Shown here: piece after piece, positions 6,843 to 15,263 of the stretch
How positions within the stretch are numbered: the first letter of the stretch is position 1
Layout: each line of letters opens with the position of its first letter
Source of the DNA: a virus
Virus record (IMG/VR): IMGVR_UViG_3300045988_136409
Strand: one strand, 5' to 3'
Length of the DNA: 39,499 bases
Position numbers and translations under genes: made by a program
The notes under the pieces: model-generated
What the model was told of the DNA's origin: nothing
What the model saw: the letters and a program-made list of their open reading frames with translations, nothing else
Database searches by the model: none

Positions 6843-7133
6843 ATGGAAATGATTAAGTATTATGCCAAGGAAGTTGTGAAAAACAAAGACGGTCACAAAT
6901 ACTGGGAAGCCAGCAATTCGCAGCTGACCGGGTATGTCTATGATGAAGTGAAGCAGTCAGTGCCAGAGGCTAAATATTATAACTTTGAAGGCTTGCAGAT
7001 TATTACGACGAATGACAAGCAGGAGCAGTCATTGCTGAGCACACTGGAAGTGATGGAGGACCTTTGCAATGAAAGGATAATCCAGATACATAGACTGAGA
7101 GATCAGATATATGGAGGGGATGCGGATGTATAA
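6843..7133 (+). CDS. hypothetical protein
   Basis: 96-aa ORF with a GGAAAGGG RBS-like sequence upstream. Confidence 0.55.
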   Translation: MEMIKYYAKEVVKNKDGHKYWEASNSQLTGYVYDEVKQSVPEAKYYNFEGLQIITTNDKQEQSLLSTLEVMEDLCNERIIQIHRLRDQIYGGDADV

Positions 7134-7425
7134 AGATATTATGATATCACTCCTCGGAGCGTGGATTTTGAGGGATGCTTTTGGGACAACAGAAGTAAGA
7201 GAGCAGATCGCCATTGTCATAGGCTTGGCGGCAGTGCTTTTTATTTTTTTGCTTTTTTTGGAAAATCAAGTGGAAAAATGGCGGGAATACTGCCAGCGAG
7301 TACGGGATCTGGAGCAGAGGCTAGGGCAACTGAGAGGAGGCGGAAAGCGTGAAAGACGAGAGAGTGCAGGAGATTATGGAGAGGTTGGAACAGACCCCGA
7401 CAGAGCCATTAATGATGCTGGTTGA
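7126..7425 (+). CDS. hypothetical membrane protein
   Basis: Contains the hydrophobic segment IAIVIGLAAVLFIFLLFL. ATG 7126 follows GGAGGGG. Confidence 0.45.
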   Translation: MYKDIMISLLGAWILRDAFGTTEVREQIAIVIGLAAVLFIFLLFLENQVEKWREYCQRVRDLEQRLGQLRGGGKRERRESAGDYGEVGTDPDRAINDAG

Positions 7426-7696
7426 CCATGAGGCACAGGAGGTTTTCCCGTATGTCCTCCGGAAGTATCAGAATGCACATCTGGTCATGATGAAGGGCAT
7501 CCGGTATATCACAATCACCGATGATGCCATCCAGGTCATACTGGACCGCCTGCAGCGTGAGAGGGCAGATTTTAAACGCACGGTGGAGTACTACGACAGG
7601 GAGATCCAGGGCGTGGAGTACCTGCTGACAGGTAAAAAGCGGTACTACTGGTCACCGGATAATTACATAGTAGAGCCTGTCTACGCAGAGCAATAA
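7349..7696 (+). CDS. hypothetical protein
   Basis: 115 aa with a GTG start after GGAGG. It overlaps the previous ORF out of frame. Confidence 0.5.
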   Translation: MKDERVQEIMERLEQTPTEPLMMLVDHEAQEVFPYVLRKYQNAHLVMMKGIRYITITDDAIQVILDRLQRERADFKRTVEYYDREIQGVEYLLTGKKRYYWSPDNYIVEPVYAEQ

Positions 7697-7700
7697 AAAA

Positions 7701-7809
7701 GCCGGCATTTGGCGATGCCGGCCAGCTCACAGAGCTACTTATATAGACAAGATAAGTATACCTCTGTAAGCCGGAAAAGTCAAGAAAAATGGGGCTTTTT
7801 GAAAGCCCC
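7701..7809. promoter_or_regulatory. cluster of three hairpins upstream of the Rep-like gene (candidate origin or nick-site region)
   Basis: GCCGGCATttggcgATGCCGGC (7701-7722), ACTTATatagacaagATAAGT (7737-7757) and GGGGCTTTttgAAAGCCCC (7791-7809). Confidence 0.4.
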
Positions 7810-7849
7810 TGCGCACTTGATAAAGATATTAAAGTTAGGATACAGAGAC

Positions 7850-8647
7850 ATGGTTAAGAGAAAGAAAATAAGGCTAAGACATGGGGATGTGCTGGACGTG
7901 GAAGAATACCACGATGGCAACTATGGATCCCCAGGGAAGAGCAGACAGAAGAAGGAGAAGCCGACCAAGGAACAGGTGCGGCTGATCAATCAGAGGAACA
8001 AGGTCAGGAGATGTAGATGGAGGCTGATCCAGTACTTTGACCAGGGAGATTTGTTTATCACATGGACATATGCAGTAGGGAATCGTCCGCCGGATATGGA
8101 AGGAGCGCTGAAGGACTTCCGGGCAGCAATCACCAAGATCCGGAAGATCTACCGGGCCAGGGGCGTACCGCTCTACTGGATTAGGAACATAGAAAAGGGA
8201 ACCAAGGGAGCCTGGCATATCCATCTTGTGATAAAGCAGACACCGAAGGGTGATGCGGCTGCTATCGTGACCAAGGCATGGACAAAGGGCGGCACCTACG
8301 TGGCAGAGATCTGTCACAGCAAGTTTACAGGAGACGACATGGAGCAGCTGGCGAATTACCTGACCAAGGACGAGCACACAGCGGAGACCAAGGCAGACGG
8401 CACACCGGGCAAACCAAGGATTGCGGAGTCATCATACAACACTAGCCGTAATATGCCGCTTCCGGAGCCACGGACGGACAAGCTGGTCCGATGGAAGCTG
8501 GAGGTCAAGCCGCCCAAGGGATATTACATAGCCCGGATCCATGAGGGCATCAATCCGGTGACAGGATTCCTGTACAGGAGTTACACATTGATCAGACTTA
8601 AAACGCAAGAGCGGAAGAAACCGCCGAACAGGGTAAGGAGGTGTTGA
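7850..8647 (+). CDS. HUH-endonuclease-type rolling-circle replication initiator-like protein
   Basis: AWHIHLVIK is an HUH-like motif (HxH followed by hydrophobics), and QLANYLTKDEH provides a downstream Tyr. The N-terminus is basic. Start set at MVKRKKIRL (ATG 7850). Confidence 0.55.
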   Translation: MVKRKKIRLRHGDVLDVEEYHDGNYGSPGKSRQKKEKPTKEQVRLINQRNKVRRCRWRLIQYFDQGDLFITWTYAVGNRPPDMEGALKDFRAAITKIRKIYRARGVPLYWIRNIEKGTKGAWHIHLVIKQTPKGDAAAIVTKAWTKGGTYVAEICHSKFTGDDMEQLANYLTKDEHTAETKADGTPGKPRIAESSYNTSRNMPLPEPRTDKLVRWKLEVKPPKGYYIARIHEGINPVTGFLYRSYTLIRLKTQERKKPPNRVRRC

Positions 8648-8651
8648 TAAA

Positions 8652-9140
8652 TTGGAAAATGAATTGAAAGTAGTGGATATCTTTATAGGCACGACTCTCC
8701 GGGGATCCGCAAAGGGCTCCGGCCGGGCAATGTACATCATGAGGACAAAGCGCAAGAACGGCAGTGACTATGAAGCTGCTCCTCAGATCGTAGAGTATGA
8801 CGATACCACGGAGAGCGAGTCAGTCCTGCGTGCCATCCGTGATGCCCTGCAGCGACTCCATTATGCCTGTACTGTAGTGATCCATACAGAGTGCAGCAAC
8901 GTGGCAGCAGCCATCGCACAGCACTGGCCGGAGAAGTGGCAGCACGATGGCTGGAAGAACGCTAAGGGCAATCCGGTAAAAAACGCAGTCTTGTGGGAAA
9001 TGCTCCTCCAGGACGTGGAAGAGGGCGGTCATATCCTGCTGGCAGAGAGCGAAAAACACGAATATGCGGAGTGGATGCGGTTTAATCTGCCGCTGAAACG
9101 GGCATTAAAAGACATATTTGCAGAAGTGCCGAAAAACTAA
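8652..9140 (+). CDS. RNase HI-like fold protein, possibly catalytically divergent
   Basis: WPEKWQHDGWKNAKGNPVKNAVLWEML matches the RNase HI W..W..GW....G.PVKN..LW block. The first catalytic Asp position reads IFIGTT. TTG start after AAGGAGG. Confidence 0.5.
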   Translation: MENELKVVDIFIGTTLRGSAKGSGRAMYIMRTKRKNGSDYEAAPQIVEYDDTTESESVLRAIRDALQRLHYACTVVIHTECSNVAAAIAQHWPEKWQHDGWKNAKGNPVKNAVLWEMLLQDVEEGGHILLAESEKHEYAEWMRFNLPLKRALKDIFAEVPKN

Positions 9141-9175
9141 CAGCATGAGTAGGTTACTTATGTTAGAGACCAATC

Positions 9176-9189
9176 CGGTGACGTCACCG
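9176..9189. promoter_or_regulatory. 14-bp perfect palindrome CGGTGACGTCACCG (possible operator)
   Basis: The sequence is self-complementary and lies in the intergenic region 9141-9314. Confidence 0.4.
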
Positions 9190-9282
9190 AAATGGTAGAA
9201 ATAGAACATTTTGTCAAGAAAAGGTAACAGCTTATTACAAAATGAAACGAAATCGCACCCGAATGATACGTTTTTTGAAAAA

Positions 9283-9296
9283 TTGCATCGGTGCAA
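9283..9296 (+). promoter_or_regulatory. copy 2 of the palindrome (TTGCAtCGGTGCAA, 1 mismatch)
   Basis: AAATTGCATCGGTGCAACCGGGGAAAGGAGAACAG followed by the ATG at 9315. Confidence 0.65.
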
Positions 9297-9314
9297 CCGG
9301 GGAAAGGAGAACAG

Positions 9315-9839
9315 ATGGAGAAGAAATTTGGAATATTTAATACCGTAGAGGAGTTAAACAGGGCAGCAGCCGCCCAGAAGGCAGAGGGGGACCTGGAAGC
9401 GCTGATCGGACTGGCCACAGAGAACGGACTGGAGAAAGAGGATGCCGAGGACTACATGGACAGCGACGATGCAGAGGATACTCTGTGCAATGAGACAATG
9501 GCAGCAATCGGTAAGCTGAAACTGGAAGCAGAGGACCTGAAGCTGGAGAGCCAGATGAAGGACTGGAAAGATTTTGTGGTCCAGATGCTGATGGAATATC
9601 CGACACAGCACATGGAAGAGGACGGTGCAGCTCTGGCCAATGCCGTATTTAATCCGGATAAAAAGCTTTTGGATGTGCTGGCCGCCGGACTGAAACAGGC
9701 ATCGAAAAACCGAGTAACGGTTGACCGGAGAATCACAAAGGCAGCAGGATTGCCGGAGAGCGCCGGACAGATTGGAATGTGCGGGCGTGATGACTTAAAA
9801 AAGATCATCTTGGATTATTACATGGGAGAGAAGAAATGA
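9315..9839 (+). CDS. hypothetical acidic protein
   Basis: Start at MEKKFGIF after AAAGGAG. 174 aa. Confidence 0.6.
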   Translation: MEKKFGIFNTVEELNRAAAAQKAEGDLEALIGLATENGLEKEDAEDYMDSDDAEDTLCNETMAAIGKLKLEAEDLKLESQMKDWKDFVVQMLMEYPTQHMEEDGAALANAVFNPDKKLLDVLAAGLKQASKNRVTVDRRITKAAGLPESAGQIGMCGRDDLKKIILDYYMGEKK

Positions 9840-10420
9840 TTGTATTTAAAGCAACAAACAATGACATGACCTGTAAACCAGGGCAGGGAATACAGTATCA
9901 GCTTGGAGTACCGGCGACGGCAGAACGGTCACAATGCGCATCAACAGGACTGCATGCCTGCGAGTATGTGCTGGACTGCACATGGTATTACGGACTGGGC
10001 GCCGGTAACAGGTATTTTAAAGCCAAAGCAGAAGGAGACATTGCAGAAGACGGACACGACACCCGCATCGCATGCACAAAACTGACTCTGCTGCGAGAAC
10101 TGACCAACCGTGACATTGCAAAAGAAGCCATGCTTTACATGATACATCATCCGCGCCGGGATAACTGGAAGACCTCGCGTCATATGGTAGAGGTAAAGGA
10201 GAACACAGCAGAGATCAGGATTCCGGATGGGATCGCCATTGCAAGAGGAATCCATCCAAAAGTAAGCGGCTGTGACGGAGCACACCTGGGGCTGATCCAG
10301 GAAGAGAAAGGAAAGATCACAGCGGCCAAGATATTTGATGTGGACGGAGTCTATATCCTGCCGGGCGTGTGGTACACCCTGGAGGATCTGGCAGAAGCGG
10401 AGAGGAGGCAGCAGGCATGA
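9836..10420 (+). CDS. conserved phage hypothetical protein
   Basis: ATGA start/stop overlap. The N-terminus MIVFKATNNDMTCKPGQGIQYQLG...GLHACEY is of a type recurrent in phages. Confidence 0.6.
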   Translation: MIVFKATNNDMTCKPGQGIQYQLGVPATAERSQCASTGLHACEYVLDCTWYYGLGAGNRYFKAKAEGDIAEDGHDTRIACTKLTLLRELTNRDIAKEAMLYMIHHPRRDNWKTSRHMVEVKENTAEIRIPDGIAIARGIHPKVSGCDGAHLGLIQEEKGKITAAKIFDVDGVYILPGVWYTLEDLAEAERRQQA

Positions 10421-12537
10421 AGTGGAGAGAAATACTGAAAGCACCGTTGATACCACGGACAAAAAGTAGGAAGAAAGAAAACCAGATCACTTTTCAGGCG
10501 ACGGACCAGTACCTGATCATGGACATCTGGAAAAATAAAGTAAATATCTGCCGGCACGCCGTAGACCGGAAAACATGGGAATACGGCACCTATTACGTCG
10601 GATCAGGCAAAAAAGAGCAGACCAATCTGACAAATTGCACGGAAGGATTTGGAGGATGTTACTGGGGATCGGAACCGTGTAAGGGAGATTGGCTGGAAGA
10701 AAAACAGGCAAAAGAACTGGAGAAGTTTGTCCCGATGCATGATTACAGTTGGATCAGCGATCCCTTGCGGAGGATATGTCGGATGGAAAAAGACTACAGT
10801 GCGGATAAGAGGGAACGTGCCAGAGACCGGAAAGAACAGAGAATCAGAGATCTCATGAATAAGTGTCCTAAGCCGGGACACAGGGTATATGACTGGATCA
10901 CTGAGAGACTGGTAGGAGATCTCCAGTATGCCTTTTATAACAAGCAGGACAAGACCTGTCATTGTACCGCATGCAACGGGGATTTTAAAGAAGAGGCAGC
11001 AGATGTCCCCGTAAAACATCGTAAACAGATCAAATGTCCTCTCTGTGGCCATGACCTGACGGTGGAAAAAACAAGGGGAAGAATCCAAACAATCGGATGG
11101 CTGACGATGATCCACGACGTGGACGAGAAACAGGGAGTAGAGAGACATTTTAAGGTAACGGTGGACTGGCACAGAACAGGAAAGAGAGATACAGAGCTGG
11201 ATGAACAGATCCGCCTGATGATGCTCCGAGGAGCAAAGGATTTTATGAAAATCTATTACTACTGTGATGTGTACTGGTGCGGATGGCACGACCACAATCC
11301 ACAGAGCAGACGCTGGCATACATCCTACCTGTATCCAGATACAGAAGGAATCAAAGCAGGGCTGAAAGCTACGGCATACGAAGCCTGGTCAGATGTCATG
11401 CCAATGCTGGCACAGATGGGGATTAAGGCATTTTATAACGGATTGCTTGTGGAAAGCAATAAGCAATTTACCGGTATCGCAGAGTATATGGCAAAGGGAC
11501 GCTTTTACCGTCTGCTGGATGAACTGTCACAGTGTATTACATACTGGGGCGGGTATTCGGGGAGAACAATCGAAGTAAACGGTGAATGCATGGAAGATAT
11601 TTTACTGATAGATGACAAGCAGCTAGTCAACCGCCTGCGGCAGGAAAACGGCGGAATGCAGATGCTGCGTTGGATGCAGTGGTCAGAACTGGAAGAAAGA
11701 AAGCTGTCGGCAGAATTTATCGCATGGACAGAAAAAAACAGAATTGATCCGGAGGACTATGATAAATCTCTCGCCGGAGAATACATGTCTCCGGAACAGC
11801 TGATGAATTACCTGAACCGGCAGAAAAAGGAATCGTATCCGGGAATGAAGATCCAGGATGTCTGGAATCAGTACGAGGACTATCTGTCCATGTCACGAAC
11901 GCTGGGAAAACACATGGATGATGCACTGGTACACCGCCCCAGGGAATTGAAGCGCCGGCACGATGAAGTGAATGAGGAAGTGGAACTGCACAGGGAAGAA
12001 TTTGAAAGGAAAAGAAATGCGGAAATGGCAAGGAAGCAGGCGGAGGAGATGAGGAACAAGTATCCGGGATATGAGGATATCCTCTCCGAGATCAGCGAGA
12101 AGTTTGAGTATCAGAATGACACCTATTGTATTGTGGTTCCCAGGGACTTTATGGAGATTACAGCAGAGGGCATGGCACTGCATCACTGCGTCGGTAACAC
12201 GGAGAGATATTTTGACCGGATTGTCAGCAGAGAGACCTATATCTGCTTCCTGCGGCAGCAGTCGTCCCCGGATAAGCCTTTTTACACGATAGAGGTGGAG
12301 CCGGGCGGTACCATCCGCCAGCACCGGGGAGCCTACGACGAGGAGCCGGGCATAGAAGAGATCAAGCCGTTCCTGAGGGAGTGGCAGAAGGTGATTCGCA
12401 AGCGCATGAGCAGGCAGGATCATGAATATGCCGCACAGAGTGAGATCCTGCGGCAGAAGAACATAGAAGAACTGAAGGCAAAGAATAATACTGTGGTCCT
12501 GAAAGGACTGGCAGAAGATCTGATGGAGGTAATCTGA
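10417..12537 (+). CDS. PcfJ-like domain protein with zinc-finger region
   Basis: C-terminal GMALHHCVGNTERYFDRIVSRETYICFLR...PFYTIEV is the PcfJ-like signature. CHCTACNG...CPLCGH provides two Cys pairs. ATGA overlap start at 10417. Confidence 0.65.
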   Translation: MKWREILKAPLIPRTKSRKKENQITFQATDQYLIMDIWKNKVNICRHAVDRKTWEYGTYYVGSGKKEQTNLTNCTEGFGGCYWGSEPCKGDWLEEKQAKELEKFVPMHDYSWISDPLRRICRMEKDYSADKRERARDRKEQRIRDLMNKCPKPGHRVYDWITERLVGDLQYAFYNKQDKTCHCTACNGDFKEEAADVPVKHRKQIKCPLCGHDLTVEKTRGRIQTIGWLTMIHDVDEKQGVERHFKVTVDWHRTGKRDTELDEQIRLMMLRGAKDFMKIYYYCDVYWCGWHDHNPQSRRWHTSYLYPDTEGIKAGLKATAYEAWSDVMPMLAQMGIKAFYNGLLVESNKQFTGIAEYMAKGRFYRLLDELSQCITYWGGYSGRTIEVNGECMEDILLIDDKQLVNRLRQENGGMQMLRWMQWSELEERKLSAEFIAWTEKNRIDPEDYDKSLAGEYMSPEQLMNYLNRQKKESYPGMKIQDVWNQYEDYLSMSRTLGKHMDDALVHRPRELKRRHDEVNEEVELHREEFERKRNAEMARKQAEEMRNKYPGYEDILSEISEKFEYQNDTYCIVVPRDFMEITAEGMALHHCVGNTERYFDRIVSRETYICFLRQQSSPDKPFYTIEVEPGGTIRQHRGAYDEEPGIEEIKPFLREWQKVIRKRMSRQDHEYAAQSEILRQKNIEELKAKNNTVVLKGLAEDLMEVI

Positions 12538-13880
12538 TGGAATTAATGGAATACACAAAAACTTATCAGGAATATAAACAGGAACTGGATGCAGTCCTCA
12601 CCCGGACAGCAGAGGACTTTGTACAGATCGGGTATCTGCTTAAGGTGGCAAGGGATACCAATGTACTGGAAGAGAGTGGGTATGCCAATGTGACGGACTT
12701 CGCAAAAGCGGAATATGGCATAGATAAGACTCAGGTGAGCCGATTTATCAACATCAATGACCGATTTTCAGAAAATGGATACTCGGATCACCTCATACCG
12801 AATTACCAAGGATTTGGATATGCAAAGCTGACACTGATGCTGCAGATTCCGGATGAGATCAACGAGGCTTTACCGCCTACACTGTCCAAAACAGAGATAC
12901 AGGCCATCAAAGATGAGGTGGATGCGGAAAACAAGATATCCGACATCGAGGTAGAAATCGAGCGGGCAGAGGCAGCAGCCGTAACGGACAAGCCCATGCT
13001 TCCACCGGAGGGATCACCGCTGAAAAGAAACCTATGGCAGCTGGGGAAAGAGCAGGAAGAACTCTTCCGGAAGCTGTGGAAGATATGTTTTTTACATACT
13101 GCATTTGGCAACAAAAATAATGCAGAGATCATGGATATCCTGATACCGCAGGGAGACGCAGTGTATACCGTCCGGATCCCGGGAGAGCGTAGGACGCAGA
13201 TCATTGTAAATTCTGATGGAGCTACCATCGTGAATTTGAAAACGCTGGAGCGGAGCAGATACACAGAGGATCAGATCTGTGATGCAGTCCGGTCTCTCAT
13301 AGATGGAGGCAGCAGTCCTGAGGAGCAGTACAAGAAACTCTATGGCGAGGACCTGACTCCGGAAGAACCGGAAATTGCACCGGTGCAACCGACCGACTCT
13401 CCGAAAGAAAAGAAGCCGGAAAAGCGTAAGGAATCCCGTGTGACCAAAGCAAACACAGAACCGAAGAAAAAGCCCAAGGAACCGGAAAAGAAGCCGGAGC
13501 AGATGACCATCCCGGGAGCCGCACCGGATCCGGCACCAGAAGAGCCGCAAACACAGGTAAATGACTCGCCTTCCCGGGAAACTGACGCGGATAATCAGAA
13601 TACCGACACCATGGATACGGAAGAGCAGGTACCGGGACAGACAGACCTTGAAAACGATTTTCCGCAATATTGTCCGGATGCAGACCAAAGGACTGCTTAT
13701 CTCCAGTCCATCCGTGGAGCAGTGGATAATCTGGTACGTTACGCAGAGATGGATCTGATCATCGCGGCGCGAGTGCAGGTGAAAGATATCTCCGAATACT
13801 TGGACAAGTTGGAAGAACTCATAAAGGAGGCGGATAGCAATGCCGAAGCGGTCGAAGCAGGCGAGAGCGCGGGAGTTTAA
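12537..13880 (+). CDS. hypothetical protein; N-terminal DUF3102-like region, C-terminal K/P/E-rich low-complexity region
   Basis: 447-aa ORF coupled to the upstream gene (TGATG). Low-complexity stretch PKEKKPEKRKESRVTKANTEPKKKPKEPEKKPE. Confidence 0.6.
   Translation: MELMEYTKTYQEYKQELDAVLTRTAEDFVQIGYLLKVARDTNVLEESGYANVTDFAKAEYGIDKTQVSRFININDRFSENGYSDHLIPNYQGFGYAKLTLMLQIPDEINEALPPTLSKTEIQAIKDEVDAENKISDIEVEIERAEAAAVTDKPMLPPEGSPLKRNLWQLGKEQEELFRKLWKICFLHTAFGNKNNAEIMDILIPQGDAVYTVRIPGERRTQIIVNSDGATIVNLKTLERSRYTEDQICDAVRSLIDGGSSPEEQYKKLYGEDLTPEEPEIAPVQPTDSPKEKKPEKRKESRVTKANTEPKKKPKEPEKKPEQMTIPGAAPDPAPEEPQTQVNDSPSRETDADNQNTDTMDTEEQVPGQTDLENDFPQYCPDADQRTAYLQSIRGAVDNLVRYAEMDLIIAARVQVKDISEYLDKLEELIKEADSNAEAVEAGESAGV
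13375..13388 (+). repeat. copy 3 of the palindrome (exact), intragenic
   Basis: ACCGGAAATTGCACCGGTGCAACCG. The 23-nt stretch ACCGGAAATTGCACCGGTGCAAC is identical to the copy at 18329-18351. It encodes EIAPVQP. Confidence 0.7.
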
Positions 13881-14190
13881 TGCTGCCTCCCGGCAGATTA
13901 TCAAAGAGCGGGATCTGTACCAGTGCATCTTTTGCCGCATGGAATATCATATGGAGGATGTCACCTGGTACGGACAGCAGCTGCAGAGCATCATGCACTA
14001 CATACCGCGCTCCCGGGGTGGTCTCGGGATCCCGCAGAATGGTGCATTGGGCTGCCAAAGTCACCATGAGATGCTGGATAACGGGAACAAGGGCAGACGG
14101 GAGGAAATGCTGCAGATGTTTAGGCAGTACCTGCAGGACCATTACCCAGACTGGTCGGAGGAAACCCTGACCTACAGCAAATGGAAATAA
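13840..14190 (+). CDS. HNH endonuclease
   Basis: CIFCRMEY...HYIPRSRGGLGIPQNGALGCQSHHEMLDNG gives an HNH-type Cys/His/Asn pattern. AAGGAGG RBS. Confidence 0.7.
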   Translation: MPKRSKQARAREFNAASRQIIKERDLYQCIFCRMEYHMEDVTWYGQQLQSIMHYIPRSRGGLGIPQNGALGCQSHHEMLDNGNKGRREEMLQMFRQYLQDHYPDWSEETLTYSKWK

Positions 14191-14213
14191 TGTATATACA
14201 AAACGGAGAAATT

Positions 14214-14381
14214 ATGAAAGCACGAACTGAACTTATCTCAGTACGACTGACACCAGAAGAAAAACGGAGAATGGAATATTGCGCTGAAATGATGGGAATT
14301 ACACAGACAGAACTTTTAGTGCGTGGAATCAATCGCTATTACGACAGCGTCAAAGAAACAATTAAGAAATTAAACCAATAA
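14214..14381 (+). CDS. ribbon-helix-helix (CopG/MobC-like) protein
   Basis: MKARTELISVRLTPEEKRRMEYCAEMMGITQTELLVRG is a typical RHH N-terminal beta-strand plus helices. Confidence 0.6.
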   Translation: MKARTELISVRLTPEEKRRMEYCAEMMGITQTELLVRGINRYYDSVKETIKKLNQ

Positions 14382-14473
14382 GCCTTTTGGAGTGTACTCA
14401 CGATAACTATAGACATAGCCACGGGGCGGCCGCTGATACCAAGAGGCAGCAGCCGCCCAGGAAGGAGACAACA

Positions 14474-14797
14474 ATGCAGTATAAGGACTGGGACGGCAAT
14501 CTTCTGCCGGATCCTGCACCTACGGTTCAGAGTGTACATATAGGAGACCCCATAAAAATCAAAATGAATGACGAGGACCGTATCGGCCGCACGAGCAAAT
14601 ACTGCGAATATGAAGTCATAGGAGTTTACCCACGGAACGTGCTGACCAGGGATAAAAAGACAGGATTCCGCCGGAGCTTTTCTTACGGAGATCTCCTGAC
14701 AATGGGATTGGAGAACCAGGATCCGGTATGTGCTCCGGGATGTACCGGAATATGGACTGATGCCGGGTTACTGTATCATCGGATGGTAAAGGAGTAG
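14474..14797 (+). CDS. hypothetical protein
   Basis: Start at MQYKDWDG after GGAAGGAG. 107 aa. Confidence 0.55.
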   Translation: MQYKDWDGNLLPDPAPTVQSVHIGDPIKIKMNDEDRIGRTSKYCEYEVIGVYPRNVLTRDKKTGFRRSFSYGDLLTMGLENQDPVCAPGCTGIWTDAGLLYHRMVKE

Positions 14798-14803
14798 TGA
14801 AGA

Positions 14804-14962
14804 ATGAAAGTACGAGAACTGGCAGAATATTGTAAATCAATACTGATTAACTGCAATAACTGCAAACATAAAACAGAGTGTGAGAAATTAGAAGATAAGC
14901 TGGAAGATATGTCACCTTATGGAGTCGTAGACATAGTGGATAGGGATGAAGAGTTAACTTAG
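14804..14962 (+). CDS. hypothetical Cys-containing mini-protein (52 aa, not in ORF track)
   Basis: ATG at 14804 after AAGGAG. Sequence MKVRELAEYCKSILINCNNCKHKTECEKLEDKLEDM... Confidence 0.45.
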   Translation: MKVRELAEYCKSILINCNNCKHKTECEKLEDKLEDMSPYGVVDIVDRDEELT

Positions 14963-14978
14963 GAATGGAGGAGGCGTA

Positions 14979-15236
14979 ATGTATCGAGATGATAGATGGG
15001 AAAAAGGAATGTATGCAGATGACTTGGTAAAGTTCCGCTGTGGATCATGCGGCGATGAATTTATAGCGGGGAGAGCAGCGATAGAAAAAGCAAATACTAA
15101 AGGTCATCGCATATGCTGTCCGTATTGCGGCAGCAGGTACCCAGAAGAGCGGGTCAGCACCGATGAGGAGGACATGGAATTTTTGTCAGACGCAATGGGA
15201 TGCTTGGCAATATACGTAGGTGACGAAGATAACTAA
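14979..15236 (+). CDS. zinc-ribbon protein
   Basis: CGSCGDEF...CCPYCGSRY gives two Cys pairs. GGAGGAGG RBS. Confidence 0.6.
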   Translation: MYRDDRWEKGMYADDLVKFRCGSCGDEFIAGRAAIEKANTKGHRICCPYCGSRYPEERVSTDEEDMEFLSDAMGCLAIYVGDEDN

Positions 15237-15263
15237 CTTAGGATTTAGCGGAGGAAATAAATT

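Noticed and set aside
6483-6856. Three overlapping ORFs (70-97 aa) on both strands in the GC-rich region.
   Set aside because: They have no RBS, they overlap one another, and their composition is odd (rich in C, H, P and W). The region is better explained as structured non-coding DNA or RNA.
7111-7696. The 77-nt overlap between the 7126-7425 and 7349-7696 ORFs, considered as a programmed frameshift.
   Set aside because: The downstream ORF has its own GGAGG followed by a GTG start, and there is no slippery sequence. It is treated as an ordinary overlap, and the upstream ORF's 3' end is uncertain.
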